From a virus, in IMG/VR virus record IMGVR_UViG_3300023184_000030, positions 32,001-96,000 of that record: a stretch of DNA of 64,000 nucleotides; one strand, 5' to 3'. The notes under the pieces were generated by a model, which was given only the letters and a program-made list of their open reading frames with translations, was not told where the DNA came from and made no database searches. Shown here piece by piece: positions 46,459 through 57,200 of the stretch (positions within the stretch are counted from its first letter, which is position 1; every line of letters begins with the position of its first letter). The translations under genes were made by a program, and so were the position numbers.

Positions 46459-49400
46459 TTAAAAAGTAAATGTTTTAGCACCACTATCGAAATTAGGAGC
46501 TACTAAAGTATCATTTTGGTAAGATCCGCTAACTTGAATATCAAAAGAAAATGCGTCGTCATTTCTTATCTGTATATCTATACCTAATTTCTTTATGTAT
46601 GTTATATTAGATAAATTCCCTGCCTTTCTCCATCCCCCAATATAGCCTAATTTATCAACTGCTCTGAATTGAAATATCACTGGGATATTTATAGCATTTG
46701 TTTCACCTTCGCCCAGATAGGTAACCGATAAAGCAGTTGTTCCTGGAACTTGCAATGACGTATTTGAAACCGGGCCAAGATAAAGATAAGCACCGCATGA
46801 ATATTTACCTATTAGATATTCGTCATTTGATGAGAAACCTAACTTATCAGCATACATATTGTCTTCTCTAGAAGCAGTTGCACCAGTGGCAAAATCTATA
46901 GGTGTTCTTGATGACTGTTGAACCAAATACTGGGATAAAGTTGAATCCCCCCAAAAAGTTTGTGTATGTCTGAAGGGAGCATAACTTACCGATGTTGAGC
47001 TAAAAGGTTTAACCATATCTGGATAGTTAGTGAAAGAATACGTACTACCTACTGATAGCAAATAAGGGTGACTTGTATGAATACAGAATTCTGATAGTTG
47101 CCCGCTACCAACCGGTGTTCCCCCTGTCGTACCTGTAAATGTCCCATTCCAAACCGCTGCTGCAGTTCCACCCGTTACAGTAGCATAACTTGCAGATAAA
47201 GTGGGATTATAAGGAGTAAAGATCGTTCCGTTTTGAGGATAAATCCCTCCTATACCAAAGTTGGTTTGTGAAGAAGAAGAATTACCATCATATGCATAGG
47301 ATGGACTGTACGAGTTAGAAAAAAATTGTCCTAAATCAGTCAGAGCTGGATTATAATAAAGTACCTGATTGAATCCGATATTTCTATATCTAGGATAAAT
47401 GTACTGTGAATATGCGCTTGAAGAAGCATACGGTGGTGCCTGTCTAAAATCGGTTGAGCTTTCAACATCATTAGTTACTAGGGCTGTTAGAGATATAGGG
47501 CCATCGCCATATCTTAGATTAGTATTATAACCTGCAGGAAATGCCGAAGATATAGAAGAAGGTGCTGCAGTTTCCAATCCCCCTGGTATTATTGAAGCAA
47601 GTTCAACAGGTGAAGCCTGTGCGTTAAATAGCTGAATGTTATAAGATATAGAAGCTATTTTACCTGCGTTTGTAGTCGTTGGACTAGTAAAAATATCATT
47701 ATAAAATCCCGCATTAAGCTTGATCGTAGATCCCTTAGAAACTTTTATCTTATTATTACTTGAATCTATGATATAAACTTGTAATAAGCCCTTAGCGTTA
47801 CTTAATTCAGCTTTCATTAATGTTAACTGATTCTGAAGATCGGTTAGCTTATCAAACAGATTTAAAACAGTTCCTGCATTCGTATAGAATCCGCTGGCAA
47901 TACCTACTGCATTGTGATAATAAGTAGTATCACCCACTGTGAATTGTTCTGATAAATGCGCGGGAAGTCCCTGTGCATCTAATTCCGATTGCATTCTCGT
48001 AACTGCAGAATCCTCGGTATTAGTTCTTAGTGCTACATCTACTCCAGTAACCGATAAGTTATCAGGGAAAGAGATTATAACAGACTGAGAATAATCAGAG
48101 GTTAATGGATTATCAGGCCAACCTGCTTCTGATACAGAAGCTATTTGGATTTCTACCTTTTCACCTTTAGTGATAGCTAGATCTAATTGGTTGATGTTCT
48201 GTACATCAGAATTCCCTGGGTCTTCAGGGGACCAAATATAAATTCCTCTTTTAGGATCATAAACTTTTTTCCTGATATCGGTTTTATATTCTGTCCAATT
48301 TGAGAAGGAAGCATTTTTCATAGTTCCGTCATTGTCAAGGAATTCTATCTGATCGTTAGGCTGTGCAGATCCGCTGTCGCTAAGATACCTATATCTAACT
48401 TTAAATTGAATAACTTCCTGAGCTCCCGTAGATGGACTAATTTGAGGAGAAGGAAATGCCCAAAATCCTCTAATTCTGTACTTAGGTGGTGTTACTATTT
48501 GCGGAACATCCACGCTTAGAGTCTTAACTTCGGATACTAGAGATGCGTAAAGTTCAACCTTTTTAACTCTCTCTTGTATCAATGAGCTTAGATTTGCTTT
48601 AACAGCCTGCACATTAACACCAATAGGTGTTGTTTTTTGTCCTGTTACGCTAACTGGGCTCAAATTAGATCCTAGTATAGTACTAGTATTTACGTTTGTT
48701 AACTGTAAGGATCCTTCGTTTATAGTGGAAAGTCCGGTATTTAATTGAAGCTTAGATTGATTGATAGATTCATCTAACTGATTTATCTCGCTCTTTATCG
48801 AAGACTTCATTTCTAACTTATCATTAACAACTTTTATTGGTGTCGAATCAGTTATCTGTTTGTTTATTTGTACTACTCTAAAGTTAGTCTGATCAATCGT
48901 AGGTGGTGTTGGGGTTAATCCTTCGATAGCAGGAACTTTATTTTCTTTAGCAGCTCCAAGAAAGATCTTGCCTAAATCTGATACTTCGGTTAAATAATAT
49001 GTTTCAAGATTTACTACGGTACCGCTAGAATTTTTGGTCTGAAGCTCATTGCTCCAAAATACTATTCCTGTTGACCAAACTGCTCCGACAATATTAAAGT
49101 TATCATCTATTGCTTTAAAGAAAATACCTTGTCTTTCATTGTATCCTATGTTAACTTGTGCATATCTTGGGCCAAAATCTGTTGATGATATAGAAAGGGT
49201 ATTCGCTCCTATCATAATAGGCTGATATCCAGAAACTCTCTTAGCTTGAATAGATGCTTGATCCCTGTCAACTGAGGTTATTTGATATTGCGTTCCGTCA
49301 TTAGTAGAAATTTTATCATCTATATTAAGTGATCTTCCATCAACAAATGTGCTAAGTGTGTCGGTATAAGTGAGCTTATCTAATTTATAGTTTCTTCTGG

Positions 49401-50109
49401 TTTCTTGAAATTGATTTCCTGCTGCATCGGTAATGGTAACCAAATCATCATAATAATTTGTTACACTAAATCCACCTACGAATCTTATCGTTCTTAGCGG
49501 TAGCTGTTCAATCGATTCATCTACAAAATAACCAATACCATTATCGGTTAAATCCTGAATGAATTGATTATAAGAAAGATCGTTTCTTCCTTTTAAACTA
49601 GAATCAAAATAGTTTTTCTGCTCATCGGTTGTAGTGTTAGCGATTATTCTCTTAACCACTATTCTATCTGCTGCATCAGGAACTTGACCTGTTACATTGA
49701 CATTTATATACAAAAGGGGGGTAAGGAAACTTTCAAAAAACCAATTGTCCTTAACATCGAATGTACTAGGTACTGCTAAATTTGTTAATCTAGCGGGTTC
49801 TTTTAAAGGTTCACTTTTATAAACCTGTGTGTATGTGCCGTCAGGATTTCTAACAGTTGCAGAGGATTCGCTAATACCAGCTAAAGCTTGTATGTTGTTA
49901 TCGATTCTTTGAATTTCTCCTCTTAGAAATCCATAGGAAGGAATATTTTGATTTTGTGGTAAACCTTGTTCGTCAAGATATTCTATCGTAACCGTGTTAT
50001 TAGTAGATACCGCAACCTCATTTAATCCATTTATGATTTCTAATGAATTTCTTTGAAGTCTCAAAAACTGAGCTACTAATGAACTTATTGAATTTTGTGT
50101 GCCTGCCAT
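46459..50109 (-). CDS. putative virion structural protein with coiled-coil segments
   Basis: 1216 aa within the structural module. Confidence 0.6.
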   Translation of the reverse strand: MAGTQNSISSLVAQFLRLQRNSLEIINGLNEVAVSTNNTVTIEYLDEQGLPQNQNIPSYGFLRGEIQRIDNNIQALAGISESSATVRNPDGTYTQVYKSEPLKEPARLTNLAVPSTFDVKDNWFFESFLTPLLYINVNVTGQVPDAADRIVVKRIIANTTTDEQKNYFDSSLKGRNDLSYNQFIQDLTDNGIGYFVDESIEQLPLRTIRFVGGFSVTNYYDDLVTITDAAGNQFQETRRNYKLDKLTYTDTLSTFVDGRSLNIDDKISTNDGTQYQITSVDRDQASIQAKRVSGYQPIMIGANTLSISSTDFGPRYAQVNIGYNERQGIFFKAIDDNFNIVGAVWSTGIVFWSNELQTKNSSGTVVNLETYYLTEVSDLGKIFLGAAKENKVPAIEGLTPTPPTIDQTNFRVVQINKQITDSTPIKVVNDKLEMKSSIKSEINQLDESINQSKLQLNTGLSTINEGSLQLTNVNTSTILGSNLSPVSVTGQKTTPIGVNVQAVKANLSSLIQERVKKVELYASLVSEVKTLSVDVPQIVTPPKYRIRGFWAFPSPQISPSTGAQEVIQFKVRYRYLSDSGSAQPNDQIEFLDNDGTMKNASFSNWTEYKTDIRKKVYDPKRGIYIWSPEDPGNSDVQNINQLDLAITKGEKVEIQIASVSEAGWPDNPLTSDYSQSVIISFPDNLSVTGVDVALRTNTEDSAVTRMQSELDAQGLPAHLSEQFTVGDTTYYHNAVGIASGFYTNAGTVLNLFDKLTDLQNQLTLMKAELSNAKGLLQVYIIDSSNNKIKVSKGSTIKLNAGFYNDIFTSPTTTNAGKIASISYNIQLFNAQASPVELASIIPGGLETAAPSSISSAFPAGYNTNLRYGDGPISLTALVTNDVESSTDFRQAPPYASSSAYSQYIYPRYRNIGFNQVLYYNPALTDLGQFFSNSYSPSYAYDGNSSSSQTNFGIGGIYPQNGTIFTPYNPTLSASYATVTGGTAAAVWNGTFTGTTGGTPVGSGQLSEFCIHTSHPYLLSVGSTYSFTNYPDMVKPFSSTSVSYAPFRHTQTFWGDSTLSQYLVQQSSRTPIDFATGATASREDNMYADKLGFSSNDEYLIGKYSCGAYLYLGPVSNTSLQVPGTTALSVTYLGEGETNAINIPVIFQFRAVDKLGYIGGWRKAGNLSNITYIKKLGIDIQIRNDDAFSFDIQVSGSYQNDTLVAPNFDSGAKTFTF

Positions 50110-50122
50110 TTAATTTTTAATA

Positions 50123-52327
50123 TTATTGGTTGTTTGTTAAACTTTTTCCTACTATATCTACTTGGAATTTCAGATTTTTCTCATCGATACAAACTATTTC
50201 AAAAACTGGCATATAATCATATCCAGAGAATGAGCTGTCATCAAGAGAGACTATCAATGTAGAATAACCAACTCCCGAAGGATTGCTTAATGGATATAAT
50301 CCATCAGCATTGGTGATTATGTTTATTATAAAACCATTTGGATATACTTGATCTCCAAAAGATATTCTAAATCTTTGTCCTAATTTCCATCTAGCATTGG
50401 AACTGTCTTTCAGTCTTATTGTTAGATCACCTGTTAGTGTTAAAGGAGTGCTGTTATTAACATGTTTAAAATAATTGGAATAGTTAATTAAAGGAATTTC
50501 GTTTAATCCGCTTTGTGTTAATGTTCCTTTGCTTTGAGTATTAGAGATGTTAAAATCTTGAACCGCATTTATTACAGAAAGTTGATTGGGTACACTTCTA
50601 TCTACGATGATACCAGATCCTTGCTTAACCAGATCAAGATCATATGATATTTCTACGCTAGTCTGATTATTTAATATAGCCCTTACTAAATCATAATTCT
50701 GATCAATAAGTCCCATTATAGACTGTGTATTGTTAAATAAAGCCTGGTTTGCAGCTAATGTTTGTTCGATGTTTCCTATTCTTATGTCCATGTTGATAGA
50801 AGTAGGACTACTGAGCGTTATATTCTCTAAATTAGTTACCCTATTACTTAACTCTATAAAATCGGAAGAAGCATTATTCAATGTTGAACTCGCATCTTGT
50901 AAAACGTTCATAGCATCCATGAACATAGAAAGAGAAAAAGGAGAATAGTCATTAATTGCCTGTTCTACCCCCGTCTGATCAACATCAGTATCAAATTTAA
51001 GATTAAGCTTAAACCCGTATGAGTTTCCATTTAATTTTGTTACTGGATTAGGTCTATGCTTCTTTAATCTTGGAATGTAAATGTCTCCGCCTTCGCTATT
51101 TACGTCATCTAAAAATAAGACACCATATAGGTTCGTAGCGGACGTAGCAGGTTCTGCAGGATCATACACATCATAATAGATCAATACTGCGTTAAACTCA
51201 AAGTCTGCTGCGTCTGCGGTGGCGTTAAACTCTTCTAGCGTAGAGATACTAGAATTTGTTAATATTTGTTGATATGAATTAGGATCGAAATCAATACCGA
51301 CTGAATCCAATTTGCTTCTAGTGTAAACTAGTGTGTTAGCATTATCGGTCTTAGTAAGAATATAGTTAGAAGGATCTGTAAAAATATTTTCTGAAAAATA
51401 AGTGTTTGCAGTGTCCCTCGGTGAATACCAATTGCCAGCTATCGATGATCCATTTACTCCAGTATCATAATAACTAGCAGTAGGTGAACCCAAAACATCA
51501 TCATCAAAAATTGCTAATGTTGTTAATCCGCTAGGATTTGTTTCATCGTAATTTCTACTAAATAGATATTCGTCATTTAAAGGATTATTTGGGTTATTTG
51601 TCCATTGATAATCTGGATAATAGTTTTTATCAGTTACATTCTTAAATAAGACATATGGTGTATTTCCGTCCTTAGTTGGAATATAAACATAAACCTCAGA
51701 ATATGCGTTTGTTGAATTCTTTACCGAGTTAACAATATCTAAATTACCAACATACTGAACCACTCTATTATATGGTGCTCCAGTCATTCCATAAGCTCCA
51801 GTAGTTCCGTAAACTGCGTCGCCTTCCACGTATCTTTTCTGTGTTATAGGAACGTCATTTACAATGGTAACAGTATTCTGATCCAATGCAGGGGAAACCT
51901 CAGTCGAATCAGCTGCTGAATATCTGATCGCTCCTATTTCCTTTAACCATTTAAAAAATATTCTTTCTGAAATATTTTGCTTTAAAGAGGAATCGTATTG
52001 ATCGTTTCCTGTTATGGTAGACTCTATATTTAAGCAATAGCTCTGAAAACTTTGAGAGAAATCTATATTTGCATCACCAGTTATAATTTGCTGAGTGCTA
52101 TTAGCCCAATCGAGAAATGCACTATCAGGACCATTCAATCTCACATAGTTGGTTTGTGTAGATGCACTGTTATCTATATTAGGTATGTTCAATAAGGCAA
52201 ACTTGGAAAATCTAAATTTACTATCTGAATTATTGAACGTAAATGAAAGATCCTCCGCAGATGAAGAGAATGTATAAAATGTTCCGCCTTGTACTTGTAA
52301 AGGTCTTATAAATGGTGTCTTTGCCAT
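50123..52327 (-). CDS. putative virion structural protein
   Basis: 734 aa with a central coiled coil (ELSNRVTNLE). Confidence 0.6.
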   Translation of the reverse strand: MAKTPFIRPLQVQGGTFYTFSSSAEDLSFTFNNSDSKFRFSKFALLNIPNIDNSASTQTNYVRLNGPDSAFLDWANSTQQIITGDANIDFSQSFQSYCLNIESTITGNDQYDSSLKQNISERIFFKWLKEIGAIRYSAADSTEVSPALDQNTVTIVNDVPITQKRYVEGDAVYGTTGAYGMTGAPYNRVVQYVGNLDIVNSVKNSTNAYSEVYVYIPTKDGNTPYVLFKNVTDKNYYPDYQWTNNPNNPLNDEYLFSRNYDETNPSGLTTLAIFDDDVLGSPTASYYDTGVNGSSIAGNWYSPRDTANTYFSENIFTDPSNYILTKTDNANTLVYTRSKLDSVGIDFDPNSYQQILTNSSISTLEEFNATADAADFEFNAVLIYYDVYDPAEPATSATNLYGVLFLDDVNSEGGDIYIPRLKKHRPNPVTKLNGNSYGFKLNLKFDTDVDQTGVEQAINDYSPFSLSMFMDAMNVLQDASSTLNNASSDFIELSNRVTNLENITLSSPTSINMDIRIGNIEQTLAANQALFNNTQSIMGLIDQNYDLVRAILNNQTSVEISYDLDLVKQGSGIIVDRSVPNQLSVINAVQDFNISNTQSKGTLTQSGLNEIPLINYSNYFKHVNNSTPLTLTGDLTIRLKDSSNARWKLGQRFRISFGDQVYPNGFIINIITNADGLYPLSNPSGVGYSTLIVSLDDSSFSGYDYMPVFEIVCIDEKNLKFQVDIVGKSLTNNQ

Positions 52328-52351
52328 TAAATTTCTTTTATTTTTATTCTA

Positions 52352-53266
52352 TTAAACCGTTACGTTGTTAGCAGATAAAACGATCCAAGAACCGTTTTGG
52401 TTTGCTTGTCCCTGTCCAACTCTCGTTTCCCATTGTAGAGTTATTGATGAACGATAGGACTTACTAGCAGTTACCGTTATACCGGATGTAGAATATCCGC
52501 CATAGGCTCCATAGGTATTAAATCCTGTATAGTAACTTGACGATGTACCTGTTATCCCGGTGTAAATAAATCCGGCTGCTGCTGAAGTGTTAACGATAGT
52601 TACCCTAGTTCCTTGAGGAATATTAGGTAGCGTTCCACCTACTGGTGATGTGCCATCAACAACTTTCATAAAGAATCCAGTAGGACCGCAGTTTGCGTAG
52701 ATAACATCTTCTAAACCAGTTATAGCATAAGGTGAGTTTACCGATGTTACATATCCACCGCCACCAATTCCTGATGTGTTTGCTGCAAATGCTGAACCTG
52801 CTGTTAGTCCTGTTTTATAAGTTGTATTTGAACTTATAATATGTCCCTGGGTACCTAAGGTAAATGCTCCATTAGCGCTAAAACTTCCATTGAAGCTAGA
52901 GGTTCCGCCTGCTACAAAAATAGAGGATGTTCCTAAAGTTATCGTTCCGTTAAAAACTACCGCTCCTGAAGCTGTTACGTCCGTTGATTGTAAGCTTACG
53001 AACGAAGCTGCACCTAGATTATTTACTGATGCTGTTGGGGTTCCTGTGGAAGGAATAGATAAAGCATCAAATGATCCGATTTTTGCCTGAACCTTACCGG
53101 TTGAGGCTCCACTAAGATCTAATATACCATTTACCGTGTCTATACCGAAAACTGTAATGTATCCGTTTATCCAGTTTTGTAAGATTAGAAAGTTGGAGTT
53201 AATTGTTACTCTCGAGCCTGATATTGAATCAGTACCTAAAATTTCTGTAATGTTTACTGTTGCCAT
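52352..53266 (-). CDS. putative fibre/structural protein
   Basis: N-terminal TDSISGSRVTINSNF is related to the D...N.NF anchor of the three fibre paralogs; Gly/Ser/Thr-rich. Confidence 0.6.
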   Translation of the reverse strand: MATVNITEILGTDSISGSRVTINSNFLILQNWINGYITVFGIDTVNGILDLSGASTGKVQAKIGSFDALSIPSTGTPTASVNNLGAASFVSLQSTDVTASGAVVFNGTITLGTSSIFVAGGTSSFNGSFSANGAFTLGTQGHIISSNTTYKTGLTAGSAFAANTSGIGGGGYVTSVNSPYAITGLEDVIYANCGPTGFFMKVVDGTSPVGGTLPNIPQGTRVTIVNTSAAAGFIYTGITGTSSSYYTGFNTYGAYGGYSTSGITVTASKSYRSSITLQWETRVGQGQANQNGSWIVLSANNVTV

Positions 53267-53294
53267 TTTATTGTTTTATTTCTTTTTGAAGTGA

Positions 53295-53304
53295 AATATA
53301 TATC
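53295..53304. promoter_or_regulatory. bidirectional late-type motif (AATATATA on +, GATATATA on -)
   Basis: AATATATATC sits between divergent genes. Confidence 0.6.
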
Positions 53305-53327
53305 TACGTCTCAGACAACACTTAAAT

Positions 53328-53495
53328 ATGGCAATACACAAAAACGAACTTACCATAATGGACGCCAAAGACATATCTTTAAGTCCAAAACCAGTGATTT
53401 ATTTCCCTAAAACACTAAAAAATATCAACAATTTTACTAGCATTAAAAAAACCACTCCGATTGGGAGAAATCTGTGTGGTTACACCAAAAAATAA
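53328..53495 (+). CDS. 55 aa hypothetical protein
   Basis: Manual translation MAIHKNELTIMDAKDISLSPKPVIYFPK...CGYTKK; fills the gap and ends 7 nt before phoH. Confidence 0.45.
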   Translation: MAIHKNELTIMDAKDISLSPKPVIYFPKTLKNINNFTSIKKTTPIGRNLCGYTKK

Positions 53496-53502
53496 ATATA
53501 AT

Positions 53503-54270
53503 ATGGCTAACAGAAAAAAAAGAATTACTGACGAAGAATTTTATGAAGCTTTCCCTCCTGGATATCAATCTACTAGCGGATCTAGATTCGATTTACAAAA
53601 ATTAAAGGTTGACTTTAAATTTAAAAACGAGAATCAAAAGAATCTCGCAAATCTGATAAATGATAATAAGATTACTATTGTAGCTGGTCCAGCAGGAACA
53701 GGTAAAACTTATTTAGCATGTGCTCAAGCTTTAAAGCTCATGAAGAGCGACCCAAGGTTTAAAAAAATAATACTTGTAAAAAGTGTAACAGTTTTAGAAG
53801 GGGAAGAGGTAGGATTTCTTAAAGGGGATCTTAAAGAAAAAATGTTACCATTTACCATATCTTTCCTTGATAACTTTCATAAAATCATTGGTGAGGGGTT
53901 AACCCAAATTATGTTGGATCAGGGTTACATCGAGGTATTGCCTTTAGCTTTTATTAGAGGAAGATCGATAGACAACGCAATAATAATAGTAGATGAAGCC
54001 CAGAATATAACTCAGAAAAATATGAGATCTACTATGACTAGGATAGGCACAGATACTAAGATGATTATTACAGGTGACACCAAACAGATAGACATGAAAA
54101 ATCCAAAGTTATCATCTCTTGATCTAGTTGTTAAAATATTCGAAAATAAAGATAATATCGGAACAATGCACTTTGGTGTTAATGATATAGTTAGGGATCC
54201 GATAGTAAAACTTATAGAGGAAACATTCGATGATTGGGACGAAAAAAATTCAAAGCCAGGTAAAGGATAA
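53503..54270 (+). CDS. phoH: PhoH-family ATPase
   Basis: Motifs GPAGTGKT, GFLKGDLKEK, LAFIRGRS, VDEAQN, TGDTKQID, DIVRDP. Start moved to ATG 53503. Confidence 0.93.
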   Translation: MANRKKRITDEEFYEAFPPGYQSTSGSRFDLQKLKVDFKFKNENQKNLANLINDNKITIVAGPAGTGKTYLACAQALKLMKSDPRFKKIILVKSVTVLEGEEVGFLKGDLKEKMLPFTISFLDNFHKIIGEGLTQIMLDQGYIEVLPLAFIRGRSIDNAIIIVDEAQNITQKNMRSTMTRIGTDTKMIITGDTKQIDMKNPKLSSLDLVVKIFENKDNIGTMHFGVNDIVRDPIVKLIEETFDDWDEKNSKPGKG

Positions 54271-54290
54271 ATCCTCGAATTTATCCTTTA
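54261..54290. terminator. hairpin between convergent genes (candidate bidirectional terminator)
   Basis: TAAAGGATAAAT-CCTCGA-ATTTATCCTTTA, a perfect 12 bp inverted repeat containing both stop codons. Confidence 0.55.
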
Positions 54291-57200
54291 TTAAATGTTG
54301 AATCTGGATTATTAGGGATAACTATAGCAGATCCGAATTGGCCTCTGTTAGATTGCAATATTTCCATTTCCTGATACATTAGATCTTTTCCTAATCTCAT
54401 TGCTTGATAATCTCTTGCAAGGAAAGGAGGATTAGGATATCCATAATCACTAGAATCAACGAAATCAGGTCGCAGATCATCAGGTCTTTTGTCCTTATGA
54501 TTTATTACTTTTATAAATCCTGGTTTAGAAACCTCATAGATATTTCCTGCAGAATCTTCTACCTGATTGTATATCGTATAATATCCAGGATCGACAAAGG
54601 TGTAAATAAAATATGGGCTTCCTTTTATGTTAAGAAGCTCGTCTTTTGTTTCGGAGTTGCTTAATATCCATTTGTTATTTTTCTTACCGTAAATGTTAGA
54701 AGCATAGTTATTAAAAACAACAGTAGATAACAGCGGTATCTCCATATAGTTATCCGTTGAATGAACATCACACCAGGTCCAAGCTCCTGATCCGGGTCTA
54801 GATATTATATTACCTAAATTTATACCAAGTTCTGGCTTATATTGTTCTATTAATGTGGCAAATCCTCCGGTAGCACCGAAGTAAACAAGGCTCCCCGTTC
54901 CGCCTGTAGTTCCGCTGGTATTTATACCAGATGAAAATATATTAGATCCGCTGTCTTTGGTAAATGTTATATCTCCTTCAAATAATCCAAGATTTTCCAA
55001 ATCGAGATTTTTTCCTGAATCGTTTGTTTTTAATAATGCAACGTTATATCCGGTTAAACCTGGCGTGTTTACTTTATAAGATGATATGAATTGATTGTCA
55101 TCAAGCTTATCGAAATAAATAATCCCCATTTCCCTATCAAGTACGCCTGTACCGTTTGAGAATATATTTTTAACTGTACCCTGATCTGTTATTTCTGCAG
55201 TGTAAAGATAGTTTTCTCCGGTTGATCCCAAAACTATTTGATTAAAAGCATAGTCTCCCGTTAGGCCTTGTCCATAATCTCCGATTATTGTATTTATATA
55301 ATATCCTGATCTATCTTTGGCTGCGTATATCTTATTAATATTTGAATTAGATGATGTTCCGCCTATGCCTATTATTTCACCTCTTATAAAATTTCCTGTT
55401 GCCCCTGCTATAATATAAAAGGGGTAGCTTGAATAATCCGATGGCGATGGATGAATTAAGCCAGCACCAAACATGTCAAAGGAACCTTTAGATTGACCAG
55501 TAATAAGAATACCTGATTCATTATCGGATGATTTTATACCGCTGATATAAAATCCACCGGTAGTTCCTGTTGTATTCACAACGTTACTTAAAGAAAGATT
55601 ATCGCAATCTAATTTGACATAAGAGCCAAAGATATTTTCAGACGAATTCCCTATAATACTAGGTGATGTACTTAAATCATCGTTTCTATCCCAAGCATTC
55701 TTTAGTGTGTTAAATGTTACTGGCGTACTTGCTTCGTGTGTAATAGCAAGATTCACATGATATTTGCTAGAATCAACCGACGTGTAAGCAGTTCCACCTG
55801 GATAGGTTGATGTTGGTACAAAATGCCTAAATGAATTTATCCTGTATGATTTTTGGATCGAGCTATTATAATCTCCAGTAATACCGGCAAACGATGAAAT
55901 GTCACCTAGATCTCTTCCTATTTTAGCAACAAATATAGCTTTAGAATCTGGTTTAGCCCCGTCATTAGCTATAGTGTATGGATAAACGCTAGGGGTATGT
56001 AGTGAAATTTGAATAGTAATAGAGGTTCCGTTTGTATATGGAAATGCTGCTGTCGCACCGCTCTGATAGGTTGTACGTATTCCGTATGAATTTGAATCTC
56101 TATAAATCTGATCTATTCTATAGTAAGCAGTGTTACCCCCCTCTATGATTGACAAAGTTTGACCTGTCAGTCTGTAGTTAATATTCAAAGATTGATCGAC
56201 TCCTGACGAGTCTTCAAAATTAAGATAGACCAAATTTACATTATTGTAGCTACCCCCCGTTCCTGCGGGGAATCCAATAAACCCAAAGTCACAGTAAGTG
56301 CTTCCCACTGAATCACCGCTACCTACTGAAACTTTCCATGGTCTATTTAAAACCAGGGTACCAAATGCAGGTACACCTATTCCGGGGTATGCCCCCGAGG
56401 TAGCACCAGGTACATTGGGATTAGTAACTCCTACAGGAGCTCCAGTTGCACCTCCTGTTGTAATCGGGCTTCCATATGCTCCCCAAACAAATTCTCCGAT
56501 CTCTATAAATCTATTAAATATTCCAGAAGCATATATGTAAAGTCCATCCTCACTTGAGCATATACTCTGAATCTCTGTGCTAAATCCTTTGAATGGCAGT
56601 ATTGATTCAACCTTTCCCCTTTCTGAATAAGCCACTATAAATCCAGTTTTACCATTATTCTCGGAATTGTGTGTTGATAAAACACCAGAATTTAAGCTAG
56701 GACCAATATCTGATAATATAGCCGGAGTGTTGTCTGAATAATATCCAAATTGAACCGAATAGCTCCCTGTATAAATATCAGGTTCTACACTGCCAGAAAT
56801 ATAATATCTTTTCTCCCCCAGAAATGTTTGTGAAGTTGATGATGTTATGCTAACCATTCCAATATTTCCTGATGCTCCTGCAATATATGATATCGATTCA
56901 TCCCATAAAGGAGATTGTATACTTTCTGTTATCAGATCCTGTTCAAATGTCGGGATCGAAAAATTATTCCAATATGGCTGTTTACCTGCTCTTCCATCAG
57001 CGATATCACTTAATTTTGTAGTCAGGAATAGATTACGGGGATCGAGTCCAGGATGCTTATATTCAAGAAAAGAATTATCATAAACCATCCATTCAGGATA
57101 ATCCCATGTGTATTTATTTATTTTAGGTAGAGGTGCTCCACCTCCCGTCGCTGTATAATATGTGAAATTCCATCCAGTAGCACCAGCATATTTCGATGAT

